From Botryllus schlosseri (taxonomy: Eukaryota), in assembly GCA_051294905.1 (NCBI GenBank), contig CM119371.1, forward strand, positions 22,632,001-22,696,000: a stretch of 64,000 bases of DNA, given 5' to 3'. The notes under the pieces were generated by a model. It searched no databases. It was not told the DNA's origin and saw only the letters and a list, made by a program, of their open reading frames with translations. A program made the translations under genes and the position numbers. Shown here piece after piece: positions 13,051 through 26,127 of this stretch (position 1 is the first letter of the stretch; each line of letters begins with the position of its first letter).

Positions 13051-14061
13051 GATCTATACCAATACTAAATTCCTTCACCTATACAATGCGAATGCTAGTT
13101 AACCGGCCCAATAACTGCTACTTAGCAATAACTCTCATACGATTTATGAGGTTTCCTGTTGGCTTCATATCAACCGTGGTCGCTACCGATTCAACTAATC
13201 TGTCGTCGGCAAATATCAATGAACTGTTATAGGGTACTTGGTATCGATTTTGTATTGAAATTTATTCATGCGCCAAATGTATAATTGTACGTGAAGTTTA
13301 GTGTTGTTTTCTTTCGCTTATGTCTTTGATGGATATGTATGTATGCCTACAAGCAAGTTGTATTTAAAATTTGTAACGCCCTAAAATAACCAATATTCAA
13401 GGTGTTTAGGAGTTACACTGCTTTACCAAATAGATTAACATTGATGAGTTCGTTCATTCCAGGAACAGATATCCCGACTGCGGATCACATGCGGGTAATT
13501 GCGAACATATTAAATCAGATTGATTTCACAACTCACTATATCTATTGTGATGATACGTCAGAGAATAAAGCAGTGGTTCTCCACCTTGGGTCCGTGATAC
13601 AAATTTTTGTACCGCGAAGCACGTACTTAAAAGTTAAAACGATCCCGCAATTACCGGAATTTTGGATTTTTGGAATGTAATAATTTTCAGGCAACTTATT
13701 TTCCAAACCAAAATAGTAGGTGATTCAAAATTATTTCGTTAATCAAAATAAAGTAGAGTATTTTTGCTCGAATATATTCAGATTGAAGTTTTAGTTGCGC
13801 TTCGGGCGATTCAGTGTTACTACATTTCTAGACTTTATTGTGCGTATATGCGCACTCTCGAACAAAATACGAATAATGTTACAGTGATAAGTGTACCTGT
13901 CTTCGCAATTTTGAGAGAATCGCTTGATTCCGTTGGTATGCTTCAGTGTATGGTAGTGATATCTGCAGATGCACCATCGGCATTTCGGCGCTGACCATTT
14001 CATTTCGTTTCGGCTACACCCAGACACTGAAAGGTTTCGCCAACATGCCACTCCATGAAGT

Positions 14062-14374
14062 TTTTGCCTATTTAACACATACAACAGTGGTGTTTATCGC
14101 CAATTAAGGTCATGTACACTACGACAATGATATTAGTGATGTTGGATCTTTGCTTTTCGTATTCTTTCTGGACGAGTTCAACCCCACACTCGCGCACTTC
14201 CAACTTCGGTCTCTCTCTCTCTCTCTCTCTTCCATGCATCCGGACTTGTACTTTACTGGCGACTTCCTACTGGCGCGGCTCACCATCATACTGGGCTTTT
14301 TGGGACACTGTTTTGGCAGTGAGGATAGCGATGAGGAGTCCAGAAAAACCTCCAACACACAGAAGTTGGTTCCA
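14062..14374 (-). mobile_element. 5'-truncated SINE inserted in left palindrome arm only
   Basis: 12-bp TSD ACTCCATGAAGT (14050-14061, 14375-14386); the empty site is present in the right arm (~15219-15230); shares core with SINE family A. Confidence 0.85.
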
Positions 14375-16249
14375 ACTCCATGAAGTGAGCTGCCGAGAAT
14401 GGCAGTAGCGATAAAACCGTGGCCCGAAATCATCTAGGCGAATGTTGGACGAAACCTTCGATATTGATCTGTCTAGACACGGAGGAGGAGTCCAGTCAAA
14501 AATTTCACGCTTTAATACCCGGTCTTATATTACTTTCATTACCTCTTCATTATTTTTATTACTATTTGAAACTCGGCTGGTTAGCCTATTCCCGTGCCAT
14601 TTGGATCACCCTTCCACGGACGCTAGTTTGAGAAATCCAGAGTCATGTATACGCTAGCATCGTAGCAACACGAATCCTGTAATTAGAGGCAAAAACTGAG
14701 TTACACCCCTCATACAGGTTACCGGGTTACCTTGATATAATGATATATATATTGAAAAAAATATTTCGGAGCTTAACATGAAACAACGGAATATATCGTA
14801 CGGCCATTTTGAGTAAGTTGAATTGTACTTAATAGTGTGGGGGAAATAACCATTGCGAAAGCAATTCACCTTGCTGTAGCCGCCTTGAAAACGATGCTAT
14901 AATTCGATCTCGAATATCGAATTTCATATCCTGCAACACATCTGACCTTCAAATCCAAATATTATATTCGGGAGCTACCCATATCGAAATGCTCGAAATA
15001 AATTCATATCCGGTCACAATTTTCATATTCATCAAAATTTAATCACCATTCGATTTTCGGAGAGTAAATGAAAGTATTAAATGCCGGGTATGAAAGCGCG
15101 AAATTTTGACTGGACTAGTCCTCCGTTCCTAGACAAAGCAATATCGAAGGTTTCGTCCAACATTATCCTAGATGATTTCGGACCGCGGTTTTATCGCTAC
15201 TGCCCTTTTTGACAGCTCACTTCATGGAGTGGCATGATGGCGAAACCTATATGTGTCTGGGTGTAACCGAAACGAAATGGAGTGATCAGCGCCGAAATGC
15301 CGATTATCCATTTGCAGCTATCACTCCCCTACACTGAAGCATACCAACGGAATCAAGCGATTTTCACAAAATTGCGAATACAGGTACGCTTATCTCAGTA
15401 ACATTAAGCGAATTTTGGAAAAATAAAATCCCGAAATGTAGTAACACTGAATCGCTTGAAGCGCAACTAAAAATACAAAATGAATAAATATGTACAAAAA
15501 TACTCTACTTTATGTTGATTAAAGAAATAATGTAGGGGCACCTTCTAGTTAAGTTTGAAAAAGTACGTTGCCTGAAAATATTTATACCATAAAAATCCAT
15601 AATTTCAGTAATTGCGGGATCGTTTGAACTTTTTAGTACGGGCTTTGCGGTCCATAAAATTTGTGTCGCGGATCCCAGGTTCAGAACCACTGCTTTATTC
15701 TCTGACGAATCATCATAATGGATATAGTGAGTTTTGAAATTAATCTGATTTAATATGTTTGCAATTACCCGCATTTGATTCGCAGTCGGGATATCTGTTA
15801 CGGGAACGAACCAACTTAATTAATATTGTCCTATTTGGTAAAGTAGTGCAACTCCTAAACATCTCCAACATTGGCTATTTTAGACGTTACAATTATAACT
15901 GAAAGTTGCTTAGAATTTTCCTAGTATTACCAAAGTTATCAACAAGTAACTATACATATCCATCAATGACGTAACCGACAGAAAACGAAATTCAACTCCA
16001 CGAAGATTTATACATTCGGTGTATGAAGAAAGTTCAATACAAAACCAATACCAAATACCCAATAACAGTTCATTGAAGTTTGCCGATGCCAGATTCGTTG
16101 AATCGGTCGCGACCACGGTTTATATGAACCCAACAGGAAACCTCATAAATCTTATGAGAGTTATTGCTAAGTAGCAGTTAGGTGGCCTATTTACTCGCAT
16201 TCGTAGCGTAGGATATTATGTGAAGGATTTAATATCGGTATTGATGTAT

Positions 16250-17415
16250 ATATATAGTTATTTTCGGCATTTCGGGAATCAAATGCCAAAACAGCTGAAT
16301 ATCTTTGGAAAATGACAAAGATAAGGGTTTTTTGAAATATAAGCTTCTATGAAACTTTTCGATAAAATGCCATCAAGAATTGATATGAGATTATATGACG
16401 CGACAGAGCAATTGTGTGAAGCACAATTAACTTAGGGCACTTGAATCCTTCGGAGGGCCGCAGACTACCTGCTAGGCGGTCCATTAAAGGTGAAGGAAAA
16501 TCTTATGCTCGAGGACAAAGAGTCCAGTGATTAAAACTGAAATTACGGCCAATCTGCGGATTGATCAAGCCAACGATTAGGAAATAGATGATATCCAGCG
16601 ATTACGAACTAGATGATCTTTTCCTGCAAGAGGTTCAGGTAGTGATCAGCATATTTCGAAATCTGCGATAGAGAGCCCTAATTGTTGGATTTAGCGCAAT
16701 GACGATAGGAATGCTTCTGTATTCACTGCTCACGCATTTTGTGACACCATGTAGCTGCCAAACGCTGGCCAGGGTACATTTAGCTTATTGTGCATATACA
16801 AAATTTGATTCACCCTTCATCTTGAATTTGAAAAATGTCTGCATGATAATTATTTAATCACTGACGAGTTGTGTCAAGTTGTCCAATAGGGACATTGTCT
16901 CATCAATGAACATCCATACATCCATATACTGCAAAGGCGCCCCAATCTATACGTAATATGCAGACATATATATATACAATCAGTCCTACCCTAGATTTTT
17001 GTTTGCCGCCGGGTGGATTGATAATTTTTCATAAGCCACTCATCCTTTGGAACCATTGGTTCGAGTCAAGGCTGTAATCCAAAGGTATCAGCACCCCTTT
17101 TAAATTGTTAGCATAACTATTGTGATCTGAGAGGATGGCGATAGTTTCGATTTGATCGACAATTGAGATTACATATTCCAGAAGCCCGCGGTTTTGCATC
17201 GGGCGAATTTGGTGTTCAACATTGTTTTCAATTCTGATTTTTTGGTGGCGCGGTATGGATACTGTATGTTTATTGACTTCCTCGTCTTAGAAAAGAACAA
17301 ACTGGATCGTTTTACATGGTTAATTCGAGTCGATAAATATGAATTCACGGCGATGCCAAAATTGGCCAAAATTAAATGTTTTGGTCATTTAGCATATGCT
17401 AAAAATAACCACACT
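16250..17415 (+). mobile_element. Old decayed hAT element inside right palindrome arm (mirror of 11925-13050)
   Basis: gttattttcggcatttcgggaatcaaatgccaaaacagc matches gttatttttggcatttcaggagccagatgccaaaactgcc; right end cgatgccaaaattggcc...gcatatgctaaaaataac. Confidence 0.6.
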
Positions 17416-20105
17416 TGTCTCTATAGCAAGACACCTGCATGGTTATGAATGAGCCATATGATTCAACGACAAAGGTATTGAATTCAGCGCTTGCGTAGCT
17501 TATATTGGTATAATATTGAAAACCTGTTAGCATGTTAGGTACATCTGTACTCCACTCAGATAACAAATTAATATGCATTTCAAGCATTTCATTTTCTGAC
17601 AACAGCCAGGTAGAGGGCCGTGTAGTTACTCGAAGACTTCACGTACCCGCGATGTACTAAGGCCTTGCGGCCCCTCGTCGTCATCCTGGTCCGTACCGGA
17701 TTTTCACTGGTGTTACAAATAATTGATTGATTAATTGATTTACGGCTTTCTTCTGGAAAAAGGAGCAGTATCATACATGAAGCGACTGCTATTCCAACGC
17801 ACGGATAAACCCGTCGATGCATATTCCTGTATGCTCGCATACAATTTGGATCACTAACAAATATGCTTACTTTTGTGTTACCTATTATTTCATATTTACA
17901 AACCCAGAGAGATCGATTTGCTCGATTAATTTTAATTGTTACTACGTTATCTATTTCGAACTGGTCTGCAATGGTTTGGAACAGACGGCCCGCGAAATCT
18001 ATTTGATGAACCATAGATCTTGCAGTTGCCGACAAACGTCACAGATAGGCATGTCTGCATGGTTTACGATCTTAAACCGTATATCACTTTTACGCTTACC
18101 TCCAAAGTAACATATCATTTCTAAATAGATTAAATAATAATATCATAGTCACTCGAGAGAAACGTTATAGTCGACATTTACATTAGCCGTGACATAGCAT
18201 CGACATGCACGCTTTCAGTTTGATAGAATAGCTAGTCTTGTTGCGTGAATGACATGGAATTAGTGAGATATATGTTCATTCGCTATGAATGTAGGGGGTG
18301 TCAAACATACGGCATACATGAAGAATAAAGTAGTTGAAAAAATATCCTTCAAATATCTGTGGTCGCACAGCTGCACCGCTTTGTACACAAAAAAGGTTCC
18401 CGACTTCCAGAGAAAGCCAAAATTAATTCCTATTTCTGCCTTTACGGATAAATCTCTTGTATTCGTCGCAACGCATAGGCAGGGCTAACACCAGAATATG
18501 ACTAAAACATTATAGCCAGGAAGCATAGAAATATATCAACTTCACATCGCCGTTAAAGCAATGATTTTGTGGTTTACAACTGTATTGCACCGGTCACTGA
18601 TCTTATTCTTGGTAATTCCGTTGTTTGTGAAGAAAGGTGTTGCGACAATAGAACCACTATGATCCCTAATGTACTGATATGTACGTACATCGGCTTAATA
18701 ATATAGTGAAAAACCAGTACATCGATTTTAAAATAACATTTCAAATTTTTGACTAGTGCGGCCCGCGAGCTATCTGAAGGTTTGAATCCGGCCCGTGACG
18801 CAAGTTTGAGTTTGACATCCAAGGTCTACGTATTTTTGACTAAAAACTGTGTACCAAGAGAGTGGATTCCTACAGTTATATCCAGCAGTGGGACGCATTT
18901 CCGGGCTATTGTACGCTGATGGTACGCGGAAGTGTTTTGAATGTCACGCAAATAACTTACCGGTGAGTTTCCTATACATAGATCGACAACAGTTTCGCTT
19001 TTTGTACACCCAAAATACCCAAGGTGTGTTTGCCAGGCAGTTATAAGTGGATTGTGTAATTTGCATACGGAGTTTTAGCATTGGTGTTATCGCCTATACA
19101 AGTGGTTCTCAACCGGGGGTACACGAAGCATTTCCTGGGGGTACGCGAAACCTCTAAATTCGCAAAATGGTTGATAGCCTATTTTTTATGTTAGGGAAGT
19201 CATGAGGCAGTTTGTGCTTCATTACGTCTAAAATTTCATGACTCACATCAACAGAATGGCCGTCTAAGATGAAATATCCTACTGTGCAAACTCATTTCAA
19301 TTGCCAAAAGTCTACTGATACAAACATGTTGCTGTTTAGAGGTGTTTTGTTGGCGTTAGTTGAAAAAATTAAAGTGGAGTAGTAAGTTCGATCAGGGTGA
19401 CAGGTGACTTCGAAATGTTCTAAAAATCCATTTTCCTCTGTGATATACACAACCCCCATTCCAGAATAACTTTAAGATGAGCTGCTACAAAGAAATGACT
19501 AGGCATGGTGTTATATGTTCATTAGGAAATATATTTCCCTATTGTGGTGCCGTTGCGATCGTACCCAATGGTGTTATGAGGCGTTGCCCGTTATAATTAC
19601 ATTCGCCACCACCTATCTTTGTTGAAATGGATTTTCGGCACTATCGAATCAAAGGCGCGGCGTTTCAAGACACGACTCCGTATTAAATAAATGCAGCTAC
19701 AGAATTCGCTACCAATTTCGCTACAAAAATTCATTTTGTTGCTGTTTATAACTAGTATACAGCTAATATTTGCACAAGAAAAGTAACTGTTACAGGGTGA
19801 TTTGACTAAATATGACACGAAACTTGCGGGTCTGCGGGGATCCGGGAGATCAAAAGCAGGTCCGCATAGACGAAAAAGTTGATAACCACTGATAACCATT
19901 TGTCCTGGAAACTCTCAACTAAGTGTGGACTTTTTTACCCGCCAGGAATCTGATATTCATTTCACAGACTTATTTTATTACTAATGCTTAGAGTTTTATA
20001 ATTACGTCATAATTGCGTAAATACTTTCCGAAAAACATATTGTATGGGCCTACGGACGATGACCACCAGTTATAGCCGACGTATGCGATATGGGATGGCT
20101 GGAAC

Positions 20106-21106
20106 TAGGGATGGTGTGAAGCTCTGAAAGGTTCAGGTTCGTGTGAACGCGAACCTTTCTGAAAGGTTCTGTGTGAACGCAAACTTGAACCTTATGACGT
20201 CATATAACGTCATATTGAGAACTACAACCCTACATTTCAGTAAAGTGATAGCCGAGATTTATGTACACCATACCTAGCGACGACTCAGGCCACATCATTC
20301 CGCAATGCTGGAGTACATATTGCAGTTTTAAACGTCGCTAAATGTATCAACTGGCGTAATTAAATCATATAATAATCCCATAAAATCAATATCTTCCGTC
20401 GCTTTGTCAACAATGTCGACGAGGGAATATAAACATACGCCTTAATGGTCTAGGGCAGACCGGATAATGTATCCGACATCTGAGTATCGCTGCGTTGATA
20501 TTGAGCAAAGTGTAAAACGGATTTCTACACTTGCGACCGATATTACCCCATTAACAAGCAGTAGCCAACACCCCACGGATTTGGTTTTATGGTACAATGA
20601 ACATATAAAATCAAGATTGACCCGGTACGCCTACTAGAATTTTTCACATCAGACAACGATATCAACTTCATTGGTTGGTTGAATAAGCATCATTCGCTGA
20701 CTATAGCTACATGTAGTATATTTGGCTCTTAATGCAGTGTGGTTGCGAGTCAAGTTCACAGCAGAGAGTCCCTAAATATTCTAGCATACTTTTGTAACAA
20801 AGCTCGTAAAGTTTTTGAGATTGTCAAGGTGCATGCTCGTTTAGTCCTCATTTATCATGCTGCCAGCGTCATGCATATAGTTTCCCGCAGTCCAAATGCA
20901 ATAAATTTCAATCAAAGATGTAATAATGAAGTGAAAATTGTAATATAAGAAAAAGGTTCACAGTGCGAACCTACCAACGTTCGTTTGTGAACGTGAACCT
21001 TTAAATATCTGAGGTTTACACACATAACGTGAACGTGAACCTCACGTTCACTATAGATAACTAACCTACGTAGGTTAGTTATCTATATACGTTCACATAA
21101 TGCCTT
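20106..21106 (+). mobile_element. hAT-type MITE, TAGGGATGG family, upstream of GCNT B
   Basis: Full-length homologue of 692-1304; TSD GCTGGAAC/GTTGGAAC; right TIR interrupted by a 36-bp palindrome. Confidence 0.88.
21052..21087. repeat. 36-bp perfect palindrome with flanking target duplication
   Basis: TATAGATAACTAACCTAC|GTAGGTTAGTTATCTATA flanked by cACGTTCAC / tACGTTCAC. Confidence 0.9.
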
Positions 21107-21337
21107 GTTGGAACCATCGAAATAGTCGGTTCAACAGCTATAGTACGTAGAGATTTCGTCAAAGAAGCTATATATTTGTCCTATATATTCAATTGTTCAT
21201 GTCAATCCACTGTGACGTCACAATTGAACACTCGTGACGCCAAGGCTTGAAAAAACATGTTTTAAACATGGGCCTTGTTTTAATTATGTTTGTTTTAAAT
21301 TGGTTTTTGTTTTAAATGCAACCCTAATGGATGAGAT

Positions 21338-21696
21338 ATGGTAAAATGTACCTTGAAGAGGCTCGTCGGTGTGACGATTATTGCAGTATGTGCGATGTCA
21401 GGATTAATAGCTCGCTACGAAATACTAGTCCGTGGGCGGCAAATCCTGCCAACTTGTCGTTTCCTACAACAATCCGGTATAAGCCCATCATCGGCCGCTG
21501 CGTTGGCAAAAGTTGAAACCAGGAAAAGACGAGGCTGGGATGACTCTACGGTAACCGAGCCTTGTAGAGCTGTGTTGAATGGGAATATCAGTCGAATCAA
21601 CGAAGTTGCGAAAAATGGCGATTTTCCATGGCGTGAAAGCGTTGAGGATGCAGAGATCTCAATGATGGCGAAAGACTGCGAATTATTGAAACGAAG
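21338..21696 (+). CDS. GCNT: GCNT-like paralogue B, coding exon 1 (TM anchor and stem)
   Basis: MVKCTLKRLVGVTIIAVCAMSGLIA signal anchor; EPCRAVLNG and KDCELLKR stem cysteines; donor AG|gtatgt at 21697 (phase 2). Confidence 0.88.
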
Positions 21697-21795
21697 GTAT
21701 GTTATAAATGTTATAATTTCTGCCGCAACTGTAGCTATATTCGTACTCGACTGTTTCAGTCGATACGAATGGATTTTATGATCAATACTCTATAC

Positions 21796-23819
21796 CAGTG
21801 GTTCCCAAACTTTTTCGGTGGCAGGGCCAAATATAAAATTTCAGAGTACGGTCGGGGCCGCACGAATACCAGGGCAATGAAAGGTACCCAAAATCGTCAC
21901 CAAAATATGAAAATTGGCATTGTTCCGATCATTTGCTTGACGCCATTGGCCATTGTGTTGCCGCGCTCCCGTTGTTCAGAACAATCAACCTTTGCTGGCT
22001 ATTTCGGAGTAGTTTTATTGCCCTGGCGAGATTTTGATTCGTATTTTTGGAATCAGTGCGACACATTGCTTTTGATAAACACCGACATATCAAATTATTC
22101 GGCCGCTTGGGTCGCGAGCTATAGGACTACCAATTATGCTGCTTTTTGTCGGCTAAGTAGTACGCATCTCGGCGTATTCAATCGTGAGTCACTTGTTGCA
22201 CATCTATCCGTAAATTAGGTATCAATACCCAGGGCCGTAATAGCAGCCCCCTAAAACGTTGCTCTTGGGCCCCCCATGGGGTGATAAACCGAACTTCGAA
22301 GCCCCGCAGACCCCCCTCAGGCTAGATGGCTGTTTATCACTATTTATCATCTAAATGGGGTGCCCGTTTCAGGCAGCTTCTCTCGACTAATCACGTGAAG
22401 CGCGAAAAAATTCTATAATTTATGATTGAATCGGTCAATATAATCAGGAATTGCATATATATTGGTGTCAATTTTTATCCTCTCTCTGCTCACGTAGTCA
22501 GATTGACCGGTTGAGCCGAGTGAGTTGTGTTTGAAAAGGTAGGACCACTAAATAATAATTAAACATCTTCGGGCGTATACCCGTTAGCAGGAACGAAACA
22601 GCACTTCGTCAGGCCCCACAAAACACTTAGGTCTTGAACTCCCATAGGGTGATACACCGACCCCCGTCCCGTTGCTTGCTTCTGCCACGAAATCAGGATC
22701 ACCGTTAAGTGAGCTAGCGTGGAACGCGAAAATTTTCGATAATCCAAAATAAAATAGGTCAATAAGATCGAAAATTTCATATATATTGCTATCAATTACT
22801 TGTCCTCTCTGCTCACGTAATCAGATTTACCGGTAGAGCTGAGTGAGGGGTCTTAGAAACTGTAGGGCCCGTAAAAAATAATTAAATATATTTGGACGGG
22901 CGGACCTGTTGGTACGACTTCGTTACATGATGTTATTTCGTGACCTCCAGTCTGCTATATCAAAAAATATAGAATCGCCAAACGTACTGAGCTAAAAGAT
23001 GCACACGATTCCAAATTGGTATTTCTTCAGTGGCATATAATTCTTCCCTGCGGGATGGCAGCCTATTTGTCTCGTGAGGTTCAGATTGCCAAGACAGGAA
23101 CATTTGGCGCCGGTCATGTAGGCGCCTATGGTCAATTATACCTATACGTATTTTGTTTATACATAACGAAGTTATTGGTCAGCATAAGGGCAGTCCTTTT
23201 CGGTCAAGGTTTTCTCGCTGCCGATCGTTCTGGCACACTTCTTGGAGTCGCATGTTGCATGGCCTCAAAATTTATATGTATTCGTGCGTCGTGGCGCGGT
23301 AATGACCAACGCCGATATGGTCACTTCTACAAATCTTGCGTATTTTATCTTGGTCGAAGAGTACCCAATATATTAAGGTACTTGAAAACTTGAAATCGAG
23401 CCTGGCGCGAATTTTTTTTGAAAAAGTTGCATAAAATTTCATAAAATACTCTATAATTTATGCTAATTCACTGAATAATTTTGGGCCCCCTTGGAGCTCG
23501 CTCCCCCCAATTGGGGGGCTTGTAGTGCGGCAGTTACGGCCCTGTCAATACCTATATCTATACCTATATATATAGGTACTGCTCGTTCAACTGGAAAGTT
23601 AGGGCACATTGCATTGAAACAGCAGTGACGTAATCTTAGCAGTCTATTCACAAATTTCCTGCAATCCTAATTGAAAACTCCAGACTCCAAGCCAAACAAG
23701 AGTATTTTATAAATATAATTTTTTTTTCATAAATCGATTTCTCAATATTTTTGTGGGGGCCGCAAGACGGCTAGCTTGGGACCGTATGCGGCCCTCGGGG
23801 CCGCGGTTGGGAATCACTG
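21796..23819. mobile_element. hAT (Charlie/Buster-type) non-autonomous element in GCNT B intron 1
   Basis: CAGTGGTTCCCAA / TTGGGAATCACTG ends; perfect TSD CTCTATAC; GGGCCGC subterminal motifs. Confidence 0.88.
22230..23544 (+). mobile_element. hAT-type element, CAGGGCCGTAA family, nested in 21796-23819
   Basis: CAGGGCCGTAA / TTACGGCCCTG; TSD TCAATACC; internal ~330-bp-period duplication. Homologues at 36439-37138, ~43724-44690 and ~35060-35400. Confidence 0.9.
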
Positions 23820-24961
23820 CTCTATACCGTCGGTTATACGATATTGTTTGACATGTAAGGCTGGGTGGAATCGACTACTGTGGGACTCGGTGCTGTATGG
23901 ATTTTCAGGCTTCGAGTCGAGTATTCGAGTTCAGCTCTTTATGGAGCCCCAAAAGCGTGGTTAATTTGGAACGTTAAATATCTACCTTTTACGCGATCGC
24001 CACTAATATAAAGACTGTTTTAGTTATGTTTGAACAATATCTGTGGTCTTGCGCAATTATAGCTTGTATTTTGAATTTCCGTGCAACATCTGTGCAAACA
24101 TTTGTGCAACTTGAATTGATAATGTAGCAATTCTACATGCATCGTGTTACACTCTTATCGGACGAAATCTACAACTCCGCATAGCTTTATGTCTAACTTC
24201 AAATTAAAGAATTGGGGTCAGGATTTCTACATGTGCTGGCAGCGATTTTCCCACTATAACCGAGTCTGAAAAAAGTTGAAACGATTTGTTAAAACTAATA
24301 TGATCCCCCCAAACTTGGTTGTCACAAGAACGTTGTGTCATTGGACGCATGCAGGTATGTAAGACATAGCCACATATATTTTCATATTGAGAATATTCAT
24401 ATTAATAATATCATTAAATACTTGTATGAATGACTCATCTCGGATCGAAACGTGCTACTTAATCACGTTAAAATGCGGCAAATGCGCATTGTAACAGCAA
24501 AGAGTCGTGGTCCGCCCCTGCATCCACAAAGTACCATAAATAGGTGTAATATAAATTGGTACGTGACTGTCACGCTATCGTTGCTTGTCGTCAACAATGC
24601 AGAATGGATTACATTCCTATTTTCCGCAGTTCAGACAATATCTTTAAGTATGATGTTTGTTGTATGTGAGGGACAATTATTTAGGATTATGGAACCGTCC
24701 GTGACGGTACATAGGGGGTCCGCGAAGAACCACTGCTCTATATTATTTATGATCGATCATTATGAATAAAGTTACGTTCACTGGTTTATCGCGTGTTGAC
24801 TTTGTACGCACGATTCTGCGTTGTCAAAAAAAAACATGCTGTGATGTCTCAAGAATCTCATTTCATGTAGCCAGTCTCGGGAGTTTTGACAGTTTCTTCA
24901 CTTTGGCAATATTACATTCTATTTGTCCACGATTATGAACCATTCATTATATGGAAAAAAC

Positions 24962-25945
24962 TAGGGATGGTGTGAACGTGAGGTTCACGTTCGCGTTCTG
25001 TGTGTGAACCTCGGAAATTTAGAGGTTCGCGTTCACAACAGAACCTTGGTAGGTTCTGCACTGTGAACCTTTTTGGTAAATTGTAATTTGCACTTCATTA
25101 TAAGATCTTTGGTTCAAATTTATTGCATTTCAACTGCGGGTCACTCTATGCATGGCGCTGGTATAGCATAAAGAATCAACACTAAACGAGCATGCACCTT
25201 GACAACCTTTAAAGTTTTACTTGCTTTTTTGTTACCAAAAATTTCTCGAAATATCCAGCTTTCCATTCGTGAATATTTAGTGACTCTCTGCTGTGAGCTT
25301 GACCCGCAATCACACAACATCACGAGCGATATACGCAGTCAGCGAATGATGCTTATTCAACCAATCAATGACATTGATATCGTTTTCTGATGTAAAAAAT
25401 CGAGCGGGCGTACGGGGTCAATCTCGACTTCATATCTTTACTGTATCATTAAAACCAAATCCGTGCGATTAAGGTGCTGGCTACAGCTATATAACTTGTT
25501 GTTTATGGTATCGGTAGCGACTATAGAAACCCGTTTTACACTCTGCTCAATATCAATGTAGCAATACTCAGACTCCGAACACATTGTCCGGTCTGGCTAA
25601 GACCATTAAGGCGTAAGCTTATATTCCCTGGTAAGTCCTCGTCGAAATTGTCGGCAAAGCGACGGAATGTATTGATTTTATGAGATTATTGTATCCTTTG
25701 ATAATCGCGGTTGATACATTTAGCGACGTTTAAAACGCCAATATGTACTTCAGCAATGCGACATTATGTGGCCCGAGTCTTCGCTAGGTATCGTGTACGT
25801 TAATATAGGCTATCACTTCATTGAAAGATAGGGTTGGAATTAGCAATATGACGTCACGAGGTTCACGTTCGTGTTCACACAGAACCTTTCAAAAAGGTTC
25901 GCGTTCACACGAACCCGAACCTTTCAGAGGTTCACACCATCCCTA
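24962..25945 (-). mobile_element. hAT-type MITE, TAGGGATGG family, GCNT B intron 1
   Basis: Perfect TIRs TAGGGATGGTGTGAAC; perfect TSD GAAAAAAC. Confidence 0.93.
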
Positions 25946-26127
25946 GAAAAAACTAATACATGTATAGCCTCCTTGGTAGATCTGTGGGTGCAAGGCAGGC
26001 ATGCGGTTGTACAATCAAATTCATGCGACTAGTGAATACACTGAAATAGGCCTACGTAGATAAACAACCGATGGAAATCTCTTCCCAGCCCTATAATGCA
26101 CGATTAATATTTCGAATCACGTGACAG

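Larger units (their letters stand above)
11890..17471. repeat. Large imperfect inverted repeat: arms ~11890-14546 and ~15061-17471, spacer ~515 bp
   Basis: Block-by-block reverse-complement match: 13121-13230 vs ~16061-16170 (about 9 mismatches in 110 nt by eye), 14401-14546 vs 15061-15205, 11990-12195 vs 17161-17370. Confidence 0.92.

Noticed and set aside
23561..23578. TACCTATATATATAGGTA palindrome (and ACTAGTTAACTAGT at ~38023) as further micro-elements
   Set aside because: Short, low-complexity and without a clean flanking duplication.
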